64,000 nucleotides of DNA from Synechococcus sp. (GTDB lineage: Bacteria > Cyanobacteriota > Cyanobacteriia > PCC-6307 > Cyanobiaceae): NCBI GenBank assembly GCA_049889555.1, contig JBMHDE010000026.1:3264-67263 (forward strand). Direction: 5' to 3'. Each line of letters opens with the position of its first letter. Position 1 is the first letter of the stretch. This document shows positions 35,641-45,673 of the stretch, piece by piece. The translations under genes were made by a program, and so were the position numbers. Below the pieces are notes generated by a model. The model did no database searches. It had not been told where the DNA came from and saw nothing but the letters and a program-made list of their open reading frames with translations.

Positions 35641-36339
35641 TTAGGGTGAGACCAAGGGACGTCCCACCGCGACACGGGCCGCTTGTTCAGCTGATTGCAT
35701 GCGCTCCGACAACGCCAAATTGAAGGTCTTGGTGGCCTCACGCCCACTGCCAGTGGCTGTGAGGGGCTCTGCAAAGCAAAGAGCAGAACGGCCAAAGAGA
35801 CGAGGGCGCGCTTCGCTGTAAGCCAAGCCGACGGGCACAACCTGCACCGGCACCCCCTGACGGGTCGCGAGCTGGGAGAGGCGGGCTAGACCCTGCTGCA
35901 ACCGAATCGGATCATCGGTGCGGTTGATGCGACCCTCAGGGAAGACCACCAACTGCTCACCGGCTGCCAACAGATCAATGGCAAAGCGAAGCGTGGTCAT
36001 CGATGGACGCCCCTGATCGACCGCAAAGCAACCGAGCCGCTTCAAAAACCAGCCCTGAAGACCGACCATCTCCGTGCGCGTCACCATGAAACGGCAATCA
36101 CGGCCCGTCACGCGACGTCCTGCTGCCATGGGCAACATCAGGGCATCCCAGCGGGCGCGATGGGTCGGTGCCAGGAGTACGGGGCCCTGATTGGGCAAAT
36201 TTTCAGCGCCCAACACAATCCGCTCACGGAAATACCCGTTAAGGGCAACTTCCTGGGTGAGCAGCATCGCCAAACGGGACCAGAAAGGGTCAATTCCCGA
36301 ACTGAGGGCTTGTTCGCGAGTCGCCAGGCTCGAGGTCAC
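35641..36339 (-). CDS. plsC: 1-acyl-sn-glycerol-3-phosphate acyltransferase family protein
   Basis: Acyltransferase blocks LLAPTHRARWD (HxxxxD) and VVFPEGRI. GTG start. Confidence 0.75.
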   Translation of the reverse strand: MTSSLATREQALSSGIDPFWSRLAMLLTQEVALNGYFRERIVLGAENLPNQGPVLLAPTHRARWDALMLPMAAGRRVTGRDCRFMVTRTEMVGLQGWFLKRLGCFAVDQGRPSMTTLRFAIDLLAAGEQLVVFPEGRINRTDDPIRLQQGLARLSQLATRQGVPVQVVPVGLAYSEARPRLFGRSALCFAEPLTATGSGREATKTFNLALSERMQSAEQAARVAVGRPLVSP

Positions 36340-36490
36340 CGCGACGGCACACCAAATTCAATACCTTCAGAAAGTACGCGAAGCGACCTGCTGAAGGGCT
36401 GCACGCAGGGCAGTTGCTCCTTCGGCCTGTGTGCAGCAAACGCTGCCTCCAAAAAGCGCTGCATAGAGTTGGGACATCAGCGAAACAACT

Positions 36491-37237
36491 GTGGCAAGCC
36501 TCGGCGTCAACATCGATCACATCGCCAATGTGCGCCAGGCCAGGAAGACGGTAGAACCCGATCCCGTGACGATGGCCCTGCTGGCCGAGCTGGGCGGAGC
36601 CGACGGAATCACGGTGCATCTCCGGGAAGACCGACGGCACATCCAAGACCGCGACGTTGACCTCCTGCGCCAAACCGTGCGCAGCCGCCTCAATCTGGAA
36701 ATGGCCGCAACCGCGGAGATGGAAACGATCGCGCTGCGCCTGAAGCCCGACATGGTCACGCTGGTGCCCGAGCGTCGAGAAGAGGTCACCACTGAGGGAG
36801 GCCTTGATGTGGCGAGTCAAGTCTCGAGTTTGTCGTCCATGGTGGGCAATCTCCAAAGCTCAGGCATTCCCGTGAGCCTGTTTGTGGATCCTGCTCTGGA
36901 CCAGCTCAAGGCTTGCCAAGCCACCGGGGCTCGATGGGTGGAATTGCACACCGGCACCTATGCCGAAGCCCCTTGGGATCAACAGCCAGCGGAGCTCGCC
37001 AGGCTCACAGAGGCCACAGCACGGGCTCGAGCTCTGGGTTTGCGGGTGAATGCCGGCCATGGGCTCACTTATCAAAACGTTGAGCCTGTGGCTGCCATTG
37101 AAGGCATGGAAGAACTCAACATCGGTCACACCATCGTGGCCCGTGCCCTTGCCGTGGGATTACGGGCTGCCGTTCAGGAGATGCGGACTCTGGTCCAGAA
37201 TCCCCGCCGTGACCCCCTGTTTGGACGTCTGAACTGA
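36491..37237 (+). CDS. pdxJ: pyridoxine 5'-phosphate synthase
   Basis: [15 protein letters not shown]....EPDPV..A...[21 protein letters not shown]. Confidence 0.9.
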   Translation: MASLGVNIDHIANVRQARKTVEPDPVTMALLAELGGADGITVHLREDRRHIQDRDVDLLRQTVRSRLNLEMAATAEMETIALRLKPDMVTLVPERREEVTTEGGLDVASQVSSLSSMVGNLQSSGIPVSLFVDPALDQLKACQATGARWVELHTGTYAEAPWDQQPAELARLTEATARARALGLRVNAGHGLTYQNVEPVAAIEGMEELNIGHTIVARALAVGLRAAVQEMRTLVQNPRRDPLFGRLN

Positions 37238-37554
37238 TGACCACCTACCACTTCGTTGCCGCCAGCGAGCGTTTTCTCACGGAGGAAGAGCCCCTGGAGG
37301 AGGTGTTGAAGGAACGCCGGCGTCACTACGCCGAACAGGGGAAAGAGATTGATTTTTGGTTGGTGCGGCGTCCAACTTTCCTGCAAGCACCAGAAATGGC
37401 ATCCATTGCCGCTGAAGTGCCCCAGCCGTCTGCCGCGGTGGTGTCAACCGACCCCACTTTCATCACCTTTATGAAGTTACGCCTTGAGTTTGTCCGCCAA
37501 GGCCATTTTGAGGCACCAACCGCCACCATTAGCGATGCCTTAGCCCAGGCCTAA
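37237..37554 (+). CDS. ycf54: Ycf54, Mg-protoporphyrin IX monomethyl ester cyclase accessory protein
   Basis: [43 protein letters not shown].. is near-collinear with Synechocystis Ycf54 (Slr1780) as I remember it. The ATG overlaps the pdxJ stop. Confidence 0.85.
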   Translation: MTTYHFVAASERFLTEEEPLEEVLKERRRHYAEQGKEIDFWLVRRPTFLQAPEMASIAAEVPQPSAAVVSTDPTFITFMKLRLEFVRQGHFEAPTATISDALAQA

Positions 37555-37649
37555 AACCATCGACCTGCACAACGATCGATGACAAGGCCCCGTGACGATC
37601 TCCAATCACCCTGAAGATCGATTAACACAAGTTCTAGATTGGAAAGGGA

Positions 37650-37970
37650 GTGATGGAAGCCAACAAACTCCCGGTGCCTCAACAAATTGCGCTTTTGGTT
37701 AAGGCTCTCGATGGGGCTAAACGCACCAATGAGGCCCTGGCCAATTGCGCCAACGGTGACGAGATGGTGGACGTGCTGTTGGGTGCAGCCGCCAAACTGG
37801 GACTGTCGCTGACCCGACGCGACCTCATGGAGACGCCCCCAATCCGCGACTGGATTTGGTTCCGCAATAACGACCCGTTGCTCACCGTGGGAGATCGCAA
37901 ACCCCGCTATCAGCAAACCAACGACCGACCCAAGGGGAGCGAGCGCAAAAAAATTTTTGGACTGTTCTGA
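37650..37970 (+). CDS. small protein with Nif11-like N-terminal domain
   Basis: 106 aa. QQIALLVKALDGAKRTNEALANCANGDEMVDVLLGAAAKLGLSLTRRDL resembles the Nif11 helical domain (L..F...V..D..L...L......V...A...G..T..DL). The W/R/K-rich tail has no Cys. Confidence 0.5.
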   Translation: MMEANKLPVPQQIALLVKALDGAKRTNEALANCANGDEMVDVLLGAAAKLGLSLTRRDLMETPPIRDWIWFRNNDPLLTVGDRKPRYQQTNDRPKGSERKKIFGLF

Positions 37971-38033
37971 ACCAGCACGTTGACAGGGCAAAATGACAAA
38001 ACCAGCACGTCACCGAGGTCGGTGCATTGCGCG

Positions 38034-38687
38034 ATGGATCGCCATTGGGTGATTGGTGACGTTCATGGCTGTTATCACGCCATGGACAGTTTGCTCGGGT
38101 TATTGCCCGAAACGGATCATCTGGTGTTTTGCGGTGATGTTGTGGGCCGTGGCGCCAAGGTGCTCAGCAGTGCGGAGCGGGTGTGGAGTCTGGTCTGCAG
38201 TGGCCGAGCCACCTGGCTCCAGGGCAACCATGAGCAGCGTTTAAGCCACGACTCAAGCCTTCAACAGGTGCTTTGGCCAGACCAACCTGAGGTGGCCCGT
38301 CAATGGGCTGAACGCTTGCAAGCACTGCCGTTGATGTTTCAAGGCAACGGCTGGGTCGCGACCCATGCTGGATTTAATGCAGACGATTCTCCGAATTTGG
38401 AGATCCGCGAGCCGTTTTGGACGACCTACGACGGACGCTTTGGACAGGTGGTGGTGGCACACACCCCTGGCCTGGATGTGCGCCGGCATGGTCAGATTGT
38501 GTTGATCGACACCGGCGCTGTCTATGGCGGGCGTCTCACGGCCTTTTGCCCTGAAACTGATGCGGTGGTGCAGGTGCTAGGGGAGAACCACACCGACCCC
38601 TGTCTGCAGAGCAAAGTCTGGAATCGGGTGGTGACGCAAACGCTGCGCGAGCCGCAGCCAACCCTGGCCACCGCTTCCCCTTGCTGA
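38034..38687 (+). CDS. PPP-family metallophosphoesterase (Ser/Thr phosphatase / ApaH-like)
   Basis: VIGDVHGC, FCGDVVGRG and LQGNHE motifs. Start placed at ATG 38034. The 3' end overlaps the recC start by 7 nt. Confidence 0.75.
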   Translation: MDRHWVIGDVHGCYHAMDSLLGLLPETDHLVFCGDVVGRGAKVLSSAERVWSLVCSGRATWLQGNHEQRLSHDSSLQQVLWPDQPEVARQWAERLQALPLMFQGNGWVATHAGFNADDSPNLEIREPFWTTYDGRFGQVVVAHTPGLDVRRHGQIVLIDTGAVYGGRLTAFCPETDAVVQVLGENHTDPCLQSKVWNRVVTQTLREPQPTLATASPC

Positions 38688-41600
38688 CCCTTTATCGCAG
38701 CAACCGCTCGGACGTGCTGGCGGACGTGCTGGCCGCCAACCTCAGCCTCCATCCTCCCGGTGTGTTGGAGGAGGCCCAGGTTGTCGTCAACACCTGGCCC
38801 ACCAGCCGTTGGTTGGGGGAGCAACTGGCGATGGCCAACCCTGCCGGGATCACCGCCAATCTGCGCTTTCCCTTTCCCAGCAGCCTGCTAAGGCAGACCG
38901 TGGATGGTCTGCTGAAAACCGAAACAACAAGCGGTAGCACTGACCCCTGGCGTGCCCAAAACTTGGTCTGGCCGCTGCTGGATCTATTGCCTGAGCTGTT
39001 GGAACATCCCTGCAGCACCCCATTGCAACACTGGTTGAACACCCGCAAGGGCACAGCACACGACGTGCTGGATCCACCGCTGTGGCAACTGGCGCGGGCG
39101 ATGGCCGATGCCATCGACGACTACAGCCTCTACCGGCCCGCCATGCTCGAGGCCTGGCTGGTGGGAGAAACCACTGACGCCCGCGGAGCCCCACTCGCCG
39201 AAACACTGCTTTGGCAACCGCAACTAATGCAACGCCTGCACCAGCGGATTAAGGGCCTGCCCTTTGGGTTACGGGCGCGGCAACTGATCCGACAACTGCA
39301 ACAAGGCTGGCGACCTGAACGTCCTCCGCAACCGCCCCTGCGGCTGTTTGGGATCAGCAGTTTGGCGCCGGTACAAGTGGAGCTCCTTCAGGCTCTCTCT
39401 TGCCTGCGCAGCATCGAGCTCTATCTGTTGACACCGTGCCCCGACCTTTGGCAACGGCAAAACAGTGCTGAACGCCATGCACCACTGGATCAAGACTGGC
39501 TCCTAACAGTCCCCAGCTTTGAAGCGCGCTTTGGACGACTCGGTGCCGAATTTCAACAGCTTCTCGAAGGTAGTGGTGAGACCCAACTGGGCGGGTGGAG
39601 AGCCCTCGATCCATTTTTCTTTCCCGCCACTGTCGCCCAAACACAGGGAGTAGACCCCACCCTGCTGGAGCAGCTGCAAGAACATCTGATCCATGGCACC
39701 CAAACCGATGGGCTGCCGCGACCCGACGATGACCGGTCGCTTCAATTCCATGCCTGTCCTGGTCGGATGCGGCAGCTGCAGGTGCTCCGAGACCAGATCC
39801 TTCAACTCCTGGCCAACGACGACAGCCTCGAACCGCGAGACATCCTCGTGATGACACCCCAGGTTGAGGCCTTTGCCCCCCTGGTGGGCGCTGTGTTCGG
39901 CGACAACAACGCCACAGGCGTTCGGCTGCCCTGGCGGCTGACAGACCGCAGTCAAGAGAGTGAAGCTGGGATTACACAGGTTGTGCTGCAACTTCTTGCC
40001 CTCGGAGGAGAACGGCTGACGGCCTCCGCGCTGGAAACGGTGCTCACGAACGCCCCCCTCTTGGACGCCCACCAGTTGCAACCCGACGATGCCGAGGGCA
40101 TCACCCAGGCACTGCAACAAGCGGGCTTCCGTTGGGGTCTCGATGGCCACGAACGGGGTGGGACTGCCACCCACAGCCTGGGTTGGGCGATCGACCGGCT
40201 GGTGCTGGGGGTGGTGTATCCCGAGGCACCTGGGCTAGCCCTCGGAGCCACAGCCCCCATGGCCCTCACCGGAAGCCTGGAACAACAGGGGCGTTGGCTG
40301 GGGTTGCTGCGCCAACTGCAGCGCAGCCTCCAATGGTTGGGCACCAGCCGTTCCGTTCAAGATTGGGTTGAAGGGCTACGCCAGCAACTCCACGACTTAT
40401 TTGGTGATGGTGGTGACTGGGCCTGGGAAGTGCAAACCATCCATGCCGCCCTAACGGACTGGCAAGAGGTCGCAGGGTGCAGCAACCTGCGACTCTCGGC
40501 ACCGGTGGTGGGTGAGGTGCTGGCCGAGCGGCTCATTGAAGGTAGCGGTCGCTTTGGGCATCGCTCCGGTGCTCTCACGATTAGTGCCCTAGAGCCGATG
40601 CGGGCCATCCCCCACAAGGTGCTGGTGTTGATGGGCCTGGATGCGGGTGTCTTCCCACGCCAACGGCAACGCCCAGGGTTCCACTTGATGGAACAACAAC
40701 GCCTGCTGGGCGATCCCAGCAGCGGTGACCAAGACCGCTATGTGTTGCTGGAAGCCGTGCTCTCCGCCCGTCAACATTTGTTGGTCAGCTGGAGCTGCCG
40801 CGACGAGCGCACCGGCGAACCGCTGGAAGCCTCCACGCCGGTGCGCCAGTGGCTTGATCTCTTCCCCCAAGTCCCCGTGCAGGAGCATGCCGCGAATGCC
40901 CTGGAGCGCAGCAATTTCTTGCCGTCGGCGTTCTGGCCTCCTGCCAGTTGTGATCAACGTCTCCTGCAGGTGAGGCAACACCTCGATGCCAGACCGATGG
41001 ATGGAACAACAACTGATGATGCACGCACCGGTCTGGCCTTTAGCACCGTCCCAACTGCCGATCTCCCAACTGCCGATATACCAACGGCTGAGCACCAGGC
41101 TTCACCCCTGAGCAGCTGGGATGACTTGGTCGCCTGGACTCAAGCACCACAACAGCATTGGTTGGAGCAGCTGGGTCTACGACCGAAGGAACACAACAAA
41201 GCGGTGCTAGATCTCGAAGACCTCAGCTTGGATGAACGCCAACGGTCAGCATTGCTGCGCCGGGAATTGCAACGCCAGGACCCAAGCCGTCAACAGGAAA
41301 GCAATGGCGCACCCGACTGGATCGCTCTCACCCGCGGGCAAGGCCTGCTCCCACCGCAGTCAGCGGGAGCATTGGAAGCCCAGCAGTTAGACCAACGCTG
41401 GCACAGCCTTCACAGCTGCTTGGCGTCGCTGGGTGAAGAACGCCGCGCAACGGTGCAGATGGGGGAATGGCAGACGGAATTGCCATTGCGAGATCAGCAA
41501 CTGGTCGTCATCCACACAGCCCGTCCACGTAGCCCACAACGTCAACAGTTGTGGCTTGAATTGCTCCTTGCCACTGCTGCGGGATGCAGCGTGCGCTCGG

Positions 41601-41974
41601 GTGTGCTGGTGGGTCACGACGGCCATCACTTTCGCGTGCTGGAGAGCATCGCTCCCCCAAGCCGAGACCAATCGGTGGCCCTGCTGGACCAACACCAGAG
41701 CTGGCGTGCTCAGTTTCAACAGCGATGCTGGCCCCTACCTCCTGAAACGGGCTGGGCATTCGCCATGGGCGAGACGAAAGGCAGAGGTTGGAGCAAAGCG
41801 CGTGATGCCTGGGAAGGCAATGCAGTTGTGGCAGGTGAACGACTCGATGCGGTTCAGCAACTGTGCTTTGGCTCGGATTTGCCCCTGAGTGATCTGCTCA
41901 CGGACGATGTCCAGACCCTGGCCCTGGCCCTTCATGCACCACTCCTGAAGCATCGCCAGGAGGTCAAGGGTTGA
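38681..41974 (+). CDS. recC: exodeoxyribonuclease V gamma subunit
   Basis: 1097 aa. The N-terminus MLTLYRSNRSDVLADVL parallels E. coli RecC (MLRVYHSNRLDVLEAL). Gene order is recC-recB-recD. TTG start. Confidence 0.85.
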   Translation: MLTLYRSNRSDVLADVLAANLSLHPPGVLEEAQVVVNTWPTSRWLGEQLAMANPAGITANLRFPFPSSLLRQTVDGLLKTETTSGSTDPWRAQNLVWPLLDLLPELLEHPCSTPLQHWLNTRKGTAHDVLDPPLWQLARAMADAIDDYSLYRPAMLEAWLVGETTDARGAPLAETLLWQPQLMQRLHQRIKGLPFGLRARQLIRQLQQGWRPERPPQPPLRLFGISSLAPVQVELLQALSCLRSIELYLLTPCPDLWQRQNSAERHAPLDQDWLLTVPSFEARFGRLGAEFQQLLEGSGETQLGGWRALDPFFFPATVAQTQGVDPTLLEQLQEHLIHGTQTDGLPRPDDDRSLQFHACPGRMRQLQVLRDQILQLLANDDSLEPRDILVMTPQVEAFAPLVGAVFGDNNATGVRLPWRLTDRSQESEAGITQVVLQLLALGGERLTASALETVLTNAPLLDAHQLQPDDAEGITQALQQAGFRWGLDGHERGGTATHSLGWAIDRLVLGVVYPEAPGLALGATAPMALTGSLEQQGRWLGLLRQLQRSLQWLGTSRSVQDWVEGLRQQLHDLFGDGGDWAWEVQTIHAALTDWQEVAGCSNLRLSAPVVGEVLAERLIEGSGRFGHRSGALTISALEPMRAIPHKVLVLMGLDAGVFPRQRQRPGFHLMEQQRLLGDPSSGDQDRYVLLEAVLSARQHLLVSWSCRDERTGEPLEASTPVRQWLDLFPQVPVQEHAANALERSNFLPSAFWPPASCDQRLLQVRQHLDARPMDGTTTDDARTGLAFSTVPTADLPTADIPTAEHQASPLSSWDDLVAWTQAPQQHWLEQLGLRPKEHNKAVLDLEDLSLDERQRSALLRRELQRQDPSRQQESNGAPDWIALTRGQGLLPPQSAGALEAQQLDQRWHSLHSCLASLGEERRATVQMGEWQTELPLRDQQLVVIHTARPRSPQRQQLWLELLLATAAGCSVRSGVLVGHDGHHFRVLESIAPPSRDQSVALLDQHQSWRAQFQQRCWPLPPETGWAFAMGETKGRGWSKARDAWEGNAVVAGERLDAVQQLCFGSDLPLSDLLTDDVQTLALALHAPLLKHRQEVKG

Positions 41975-44900
41975 ATCACCCCTGTTTTGATCCCAACCGT
42001 TTTCCTTTAAATCCCGGCCTACGTCTGCTGGAAGCCAGCGCCGGCACCGGCAAAACCTTTGCCCTTGCCCACCTGGTGCTGCGATTGCTCAGTGAGGGGC
42101 CGCGCCCCCTGCAGGTGGAGCAACTGCTGGTGGTGACCTTCACAGAAGCAGCCGCTGCAGAACTGCGGGATCGAATCGCCCGGCGGTTGCAACAGGGCCT
42201 CGCCTTACTGCAAGGCGCCAACCCTGAAGCGATGGACAGCACGCTTCAAGAGTGGATGACATCCCAAAGCCCGACCATGGTTCGGCAGCTTGAAGGGCGC
42301 TTACTGCTGGCGCTCGAACGGCTGGACCACGCCGATATCACCACAATCCATGGCTTCTGCCGGCGCACGCTGCAACGCCAGGCCCTCGAAGCGGGTCTCG
42401 GACCCGCCGTGAGCCTGGAAAGCCAAAGCGATGAACGTCGTGAGCAGGTAGTGCATGACTACTGGCAAGCGCATGTGCTTCCGCTATCACCACGGCTACT
42501 CGGCGGGTTGCAGCAGCGTGGACTCCAACGCGATGGCCTGATCAAAGCGCTGGCAAGCCTTGATAGCGATCCAGCCCTCCAGCTCGATGCCCTGCCCCAG
42601 GGGCTCCAATCAGACCGCCCCCTGGTGGAGCAACTCCATGCTGAGTGGGAGGCGCGATGGCAACGGTTTCTCACGCAATGGACGTGCAATGCAGACGCTT
42701 TAGAAGCGGATCTGGCAGCTGCTGCACAGGAACTGAAAAGTCTTGGTTTGCCCTACAGCCCCTACCGACTCAAGGCCAAACCCGATCGACTCCAAAACGT
42801 GCAGCGCTGGATCGACAGCCTTGAAGGACACACCCCTGGCTATGACGCTGTCTTAGCCCAAAAAGAACTCAAAACCTATTTCCATCCTGGGCCCTTCACC
42901 AAAGTGGCGGCTCCAGCCCATGGCGAGCGGGTGTCGCTGCCGCAGCCACACCTGATGGAAGCCATTGCCGCCATGGTGGATGGACCCGCTGAAACCGTGC
43001 TGCTGCATTTCTGCCACTGGGGCCGTCAGGAACTCAACCGGCGCAGAGAGCGCAGCGGGCAGATGAGCTTTGGACAGCTTTTAAGTCAACTCGACCCAGG
43101 TGCAGAGGCGGATTCGATCAATCCATTGCTCCAAACCGTCGCCAAGCGCTACCGAGCAGCCCTGATTGATGAATTTCAAGACACTGATCCGATCCAATGG
43201 CGCATCCTTGAACGCACCTTCACTGCGGATCCTCCCCGTCACCTGCTGGTGATGGTGGGAGACCCCAAACAGGCGATCTACCGCTTCCGCGGCGGTGAAC
43301 TCGCCACCTATCGCCTGGCCGCAACGCGCACAGACCACTGCTATGGGCTCTACGAGAACCGACGATCCAGCGCAGGGTTGGTGCAGGCCCTTAATGCACT
43401 GATGCGACCCGGGTTGCAACGGTCGCAGCTGGCGGTGCCTGCTGTGGAAGCCAAGGCCGAAAAGGGTGACCTTGCTCTGCCGCATGATCAAGCGCCACTC
43501 CAGCTGCTCAACCTCGATCCCCATCAGCTCGACAGACAAGTGGCAACCTTCTGTCAACAGCTCCTCGAGCAGCAATGGACGCTCTCCACGCAACATGGAA
43601 CCCGCGTGCTGAAACCGGGAGATTTGTGTTTACTGGTGAGCCAGCATTCCCAAGCCGAAGCGCTGCGGGCCGCTTTGGAACGCCGCCACCTTCCCAGTCG
43701 TCTCGTCAGCAAAGGCGATGTGTTTGAAAGTCTCGGGGCCGCCACCCTGCAACGCTGTCTTGATGCCCTGGCCCTGCCAGGCAACAACAACCGCCTACGA
43801 CTCCTGGCCGGCTCCCCCCTGCTGGGCTGGTCGGCAGCAGAGATCCAAACAGCCCAAGCACAGGACTGGGATCGCCTCGCTGCTGCCCTGAGCAACTTGA
43901 AAGACCGTTTGCCCCATCAAGGGCTGACGGCAGTGCTAGCGGAACTCCAAGGCAGTGAAGGATTGGCCAGGCTTTCCCTGCGGGGACGGACGCTGGCCGA
44001 CCTGCAACAGGCCGCTGAACTGGTGCAGGAACAAATGCACAAGCTCGGCCTTGGTGCGCTTCAAGCAGCCGACTGGCTGCGGCGCCAGCGGCTGCAGGAT
44101 CACCGTGAAATCCCTGAAACCCATCAATGCCGCAGCGATGCGGCCGAATCCGCCATCGCTGTGGTGACTGTGCATCGCAGTAAGGGTATGGAATATCCAG
44201 TGGTGATCTGTCCCTTTCTCTGGAAAGGCAGCAAAACGATCAAGGCCGATGCCCGCCAACTCGGACGGCGCTGGATGCCATCACCGGACGGCCAACCACA
44301 CCTGGATCTTCACCTCAACCCCCACTGGGGCCAGGGCCGCAGGGCCGCCCATCAGGATCAATGGGCCCAAGCAGCGGAAGCCGAACGCTTGGCGTACGTG
44401 GCTTGCACCCGCGCCCAACACATGCTGGTGCTCGGTTGGCCTGGCGTGGATCAGGCAGAACCGGCCAACCCCCTGAGCCCGTGGCTGGTGGAGGGCGGGG
44501 TTGAACGCGACCTGCCGGTGCATCGCTGCGCCACCGACACGCTCAAGGCGGATGCAGACAACCCCATCAAGCCCTGGCAGCCAGCCACCCCCGAGGGATG
44601 CCTTGCACTCGGGCCCACGCCGAGTCGACCACTCGACAGTCGCTGGGGGCGGTCCAGTTACTCCGCCTGGGCCCACGCTCAAACCACTGTTCCACCGGCG
44701 ATGCGGGAAGACGGGCGCGATACCGACGCACTCCACATCGAGCCAACTGAAGAACAACGGGCGTCGATCGACCATGTTTCAGTCGCTCAGCAGCGGCCAA
44801 CACCATGGCCTGAGCTGGGGGCTCTGGCCACGTTTCCACGAGGGGCAGGCCCCGGTGATGCCCTGCATCGCATCTTGGAGCGGATCGACTACGGCAGCCT

Positions 44901-45660
44901 CGCCGCAGGGAACGAGGCCCAAGCGCGCGCGATCCTCGCCGAGGAACTCCCCCGTGCCGGCTTGAGCAACACATGGGAAGACACCCTGATCACGGCCTTG
45001 TGCCAACTGATGCAAACCCCAATGGGTGGCGCCCTAGGGCCATGCCGACTTGGTGACCTGCAAACCGGCCACTGGCTGAATGAAATGAATTTCGACCTGC
45101 CTCTAGCCCACAACCAACCGGATCGTCTTGTGCGCAGCAGCGGTCTAGCCCAGGTCTTCAGCAACCATCCCGGTGGTCTATTCGATGGGAGCTATGGGCA
45201 ACGGCTCAACCAATTGGACGTCGCCAGCCGCGGTTTTCTCACCGGATCAATCGATCTGATCTTTTGCTGGCAGGGGAAGTGGTGGGTCGCAGATTGGAAA
45301 AGTAACTGGATCGGCCAACGGGACGACAAAGGCACAGTGCAGCAATGCGGACCGAACAACTACTCCCAAGAGGCCATGGTGGAACTGATGGTGACCAACC
45401 ACTACCCACTACAAGCCCACCTCTATTTGGTTGCCCTGCATCGTTATCTGCACTGGCGTCTCCCGAACTACAACGCTGACGAGCATCTGGGGGGATATGC
45501 GTACATCTTCCTTAGAGGCGTCCCCGGTGCCCTCGATGTTGATCGCTTGAGGCCCGACCACCTGGCCGCTGCAGCGCCAACCCCAGGCATGTTGGTGGAT
45601 CAACCAAGTCTTCAACGGGTGCTGGCGTTGGATGCCTTGCTGCGGGAAGGACAGCCATGA
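41971..45660 (+). CDS. recB: exodeoxyribonuclease V beta subunit (UvrD-type helicase plus RecB nuclease)
   Basis: 1229 aa. Walker A EASAGTGKTF, IDEFQDTDP, TVHRSKGMEYPVV, and the C-terminal nuclease motif IDLIF..WWVADWKSN. The TTG start overlaps the recC stop. Confidence 0.9.
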   Translation: MNHPCFDPNRFPLNPGLRLLEASAGTGKTFALAHLVLRLLSEGPRPLQVEQLLVVTFTEAAAAELRDRIARRLQQGLALLQGANPEAMDSTLQEWMTSQSPTMVRQLEGRLLLALERLDHADITTIHGFCRRTLQRQALEAGLGPAVSLESQSDERREQVVHDYWQAHVLPLSPRLLGGLQQRGLQRDGLIKALASLDSDPALQLDALPQGLQSDRPLVEQLHAEWEARWQRFLTQWTCNADALEADLAAAAQELKSLGLPYSPYRLKAKPDRLQNVQRWIDSLEGHTPGYDAVLAQKELKTYFHPGPFTKVAAPAHGERVSLPQPHLMEAIAAMVDGPAETVLLHFCHWGRQELNRRRERSGQMSFGQLLSQLDPGAEADSINPLLQTVAKRYRAALIDEFQDTDPIQWRILERTFTADPPRHLLVMVGDPKQAIYRFRGGELATYRLAATRTDHCYGLYENRRSSAGLVQALNALMRPGLQRSQLAVPAVEAKAEKGDLALPHDQAPLQLLNLDPHQLDRQVATFCQQLLEQQWTLSTQHGTRVLKPGDLCLLVSQHSQAEALRAALERRHLPSRLVSKGDVFESLGAATLQRCLDALALPGNNNRLRLLAGSPLLGWSAAEIQTAQAQDWDRLAAALSNLKDRLPHQGLTAVLAELQGSEGLARLSLRGRTLADLQQAAELVQEQMHKLGLGALQAADWLRRQRLQDHREIPETHQCRSDAAESAIAVVTVHRSKGMEYPVVICPFLWKGSKTIKADARQLGRRWMPSPDGQPHLDLHLNPHWGQGRRAAHQDQWAQAAEAERLAYVACTRAQHMLVLGWPGVDQAEPANPLSPWLVEGGVERDLPVHRCATDTLKADADNPIKPWQPATPEGCLALGPTPSRPLDSRWGRSSYSAWAHAQTTVPPAMREDGRDTDALHIEPTEEQRASIDHVSVAQQRPTPWPELGALATFPRGAGPGDALHRILERIDYGSLAAGNEAQARAILAEELPRAGLSNTWEDTLITALCQLMQTPMGGALGPCRLGDLQTGHWLNEMNFDLPLAHNQPDRLVRSSGLAQVFSNHPGGLFDGSYGQRLNQLDVASRGFLTGSIDLIFCWQGKWWVADWKSNWIGQRDDKGTVQQCGPNNYSQEAMVELMVTNHYPLQAHLYLVALHRYLHWRLPNYNADEHLGGYAYIFLRGVPGALDVDRLRPDHLAAAAPTPGMLVDQPSLQRVLALDALLREGQP

Positions 45661-45673
45661 GTGAAGAACAGCC

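Noticed and set aside
37650-37970. A prochlorosin-type lanthipeptide gene cluster
   Set aside because: The Nif11-like ORF has no Cys in its tail and no GG/GA cleavage motif, and no modifying enzyme or C39-peptidase exporter lies nearby. The ABC exporter at 50759 has no peptidase domain.
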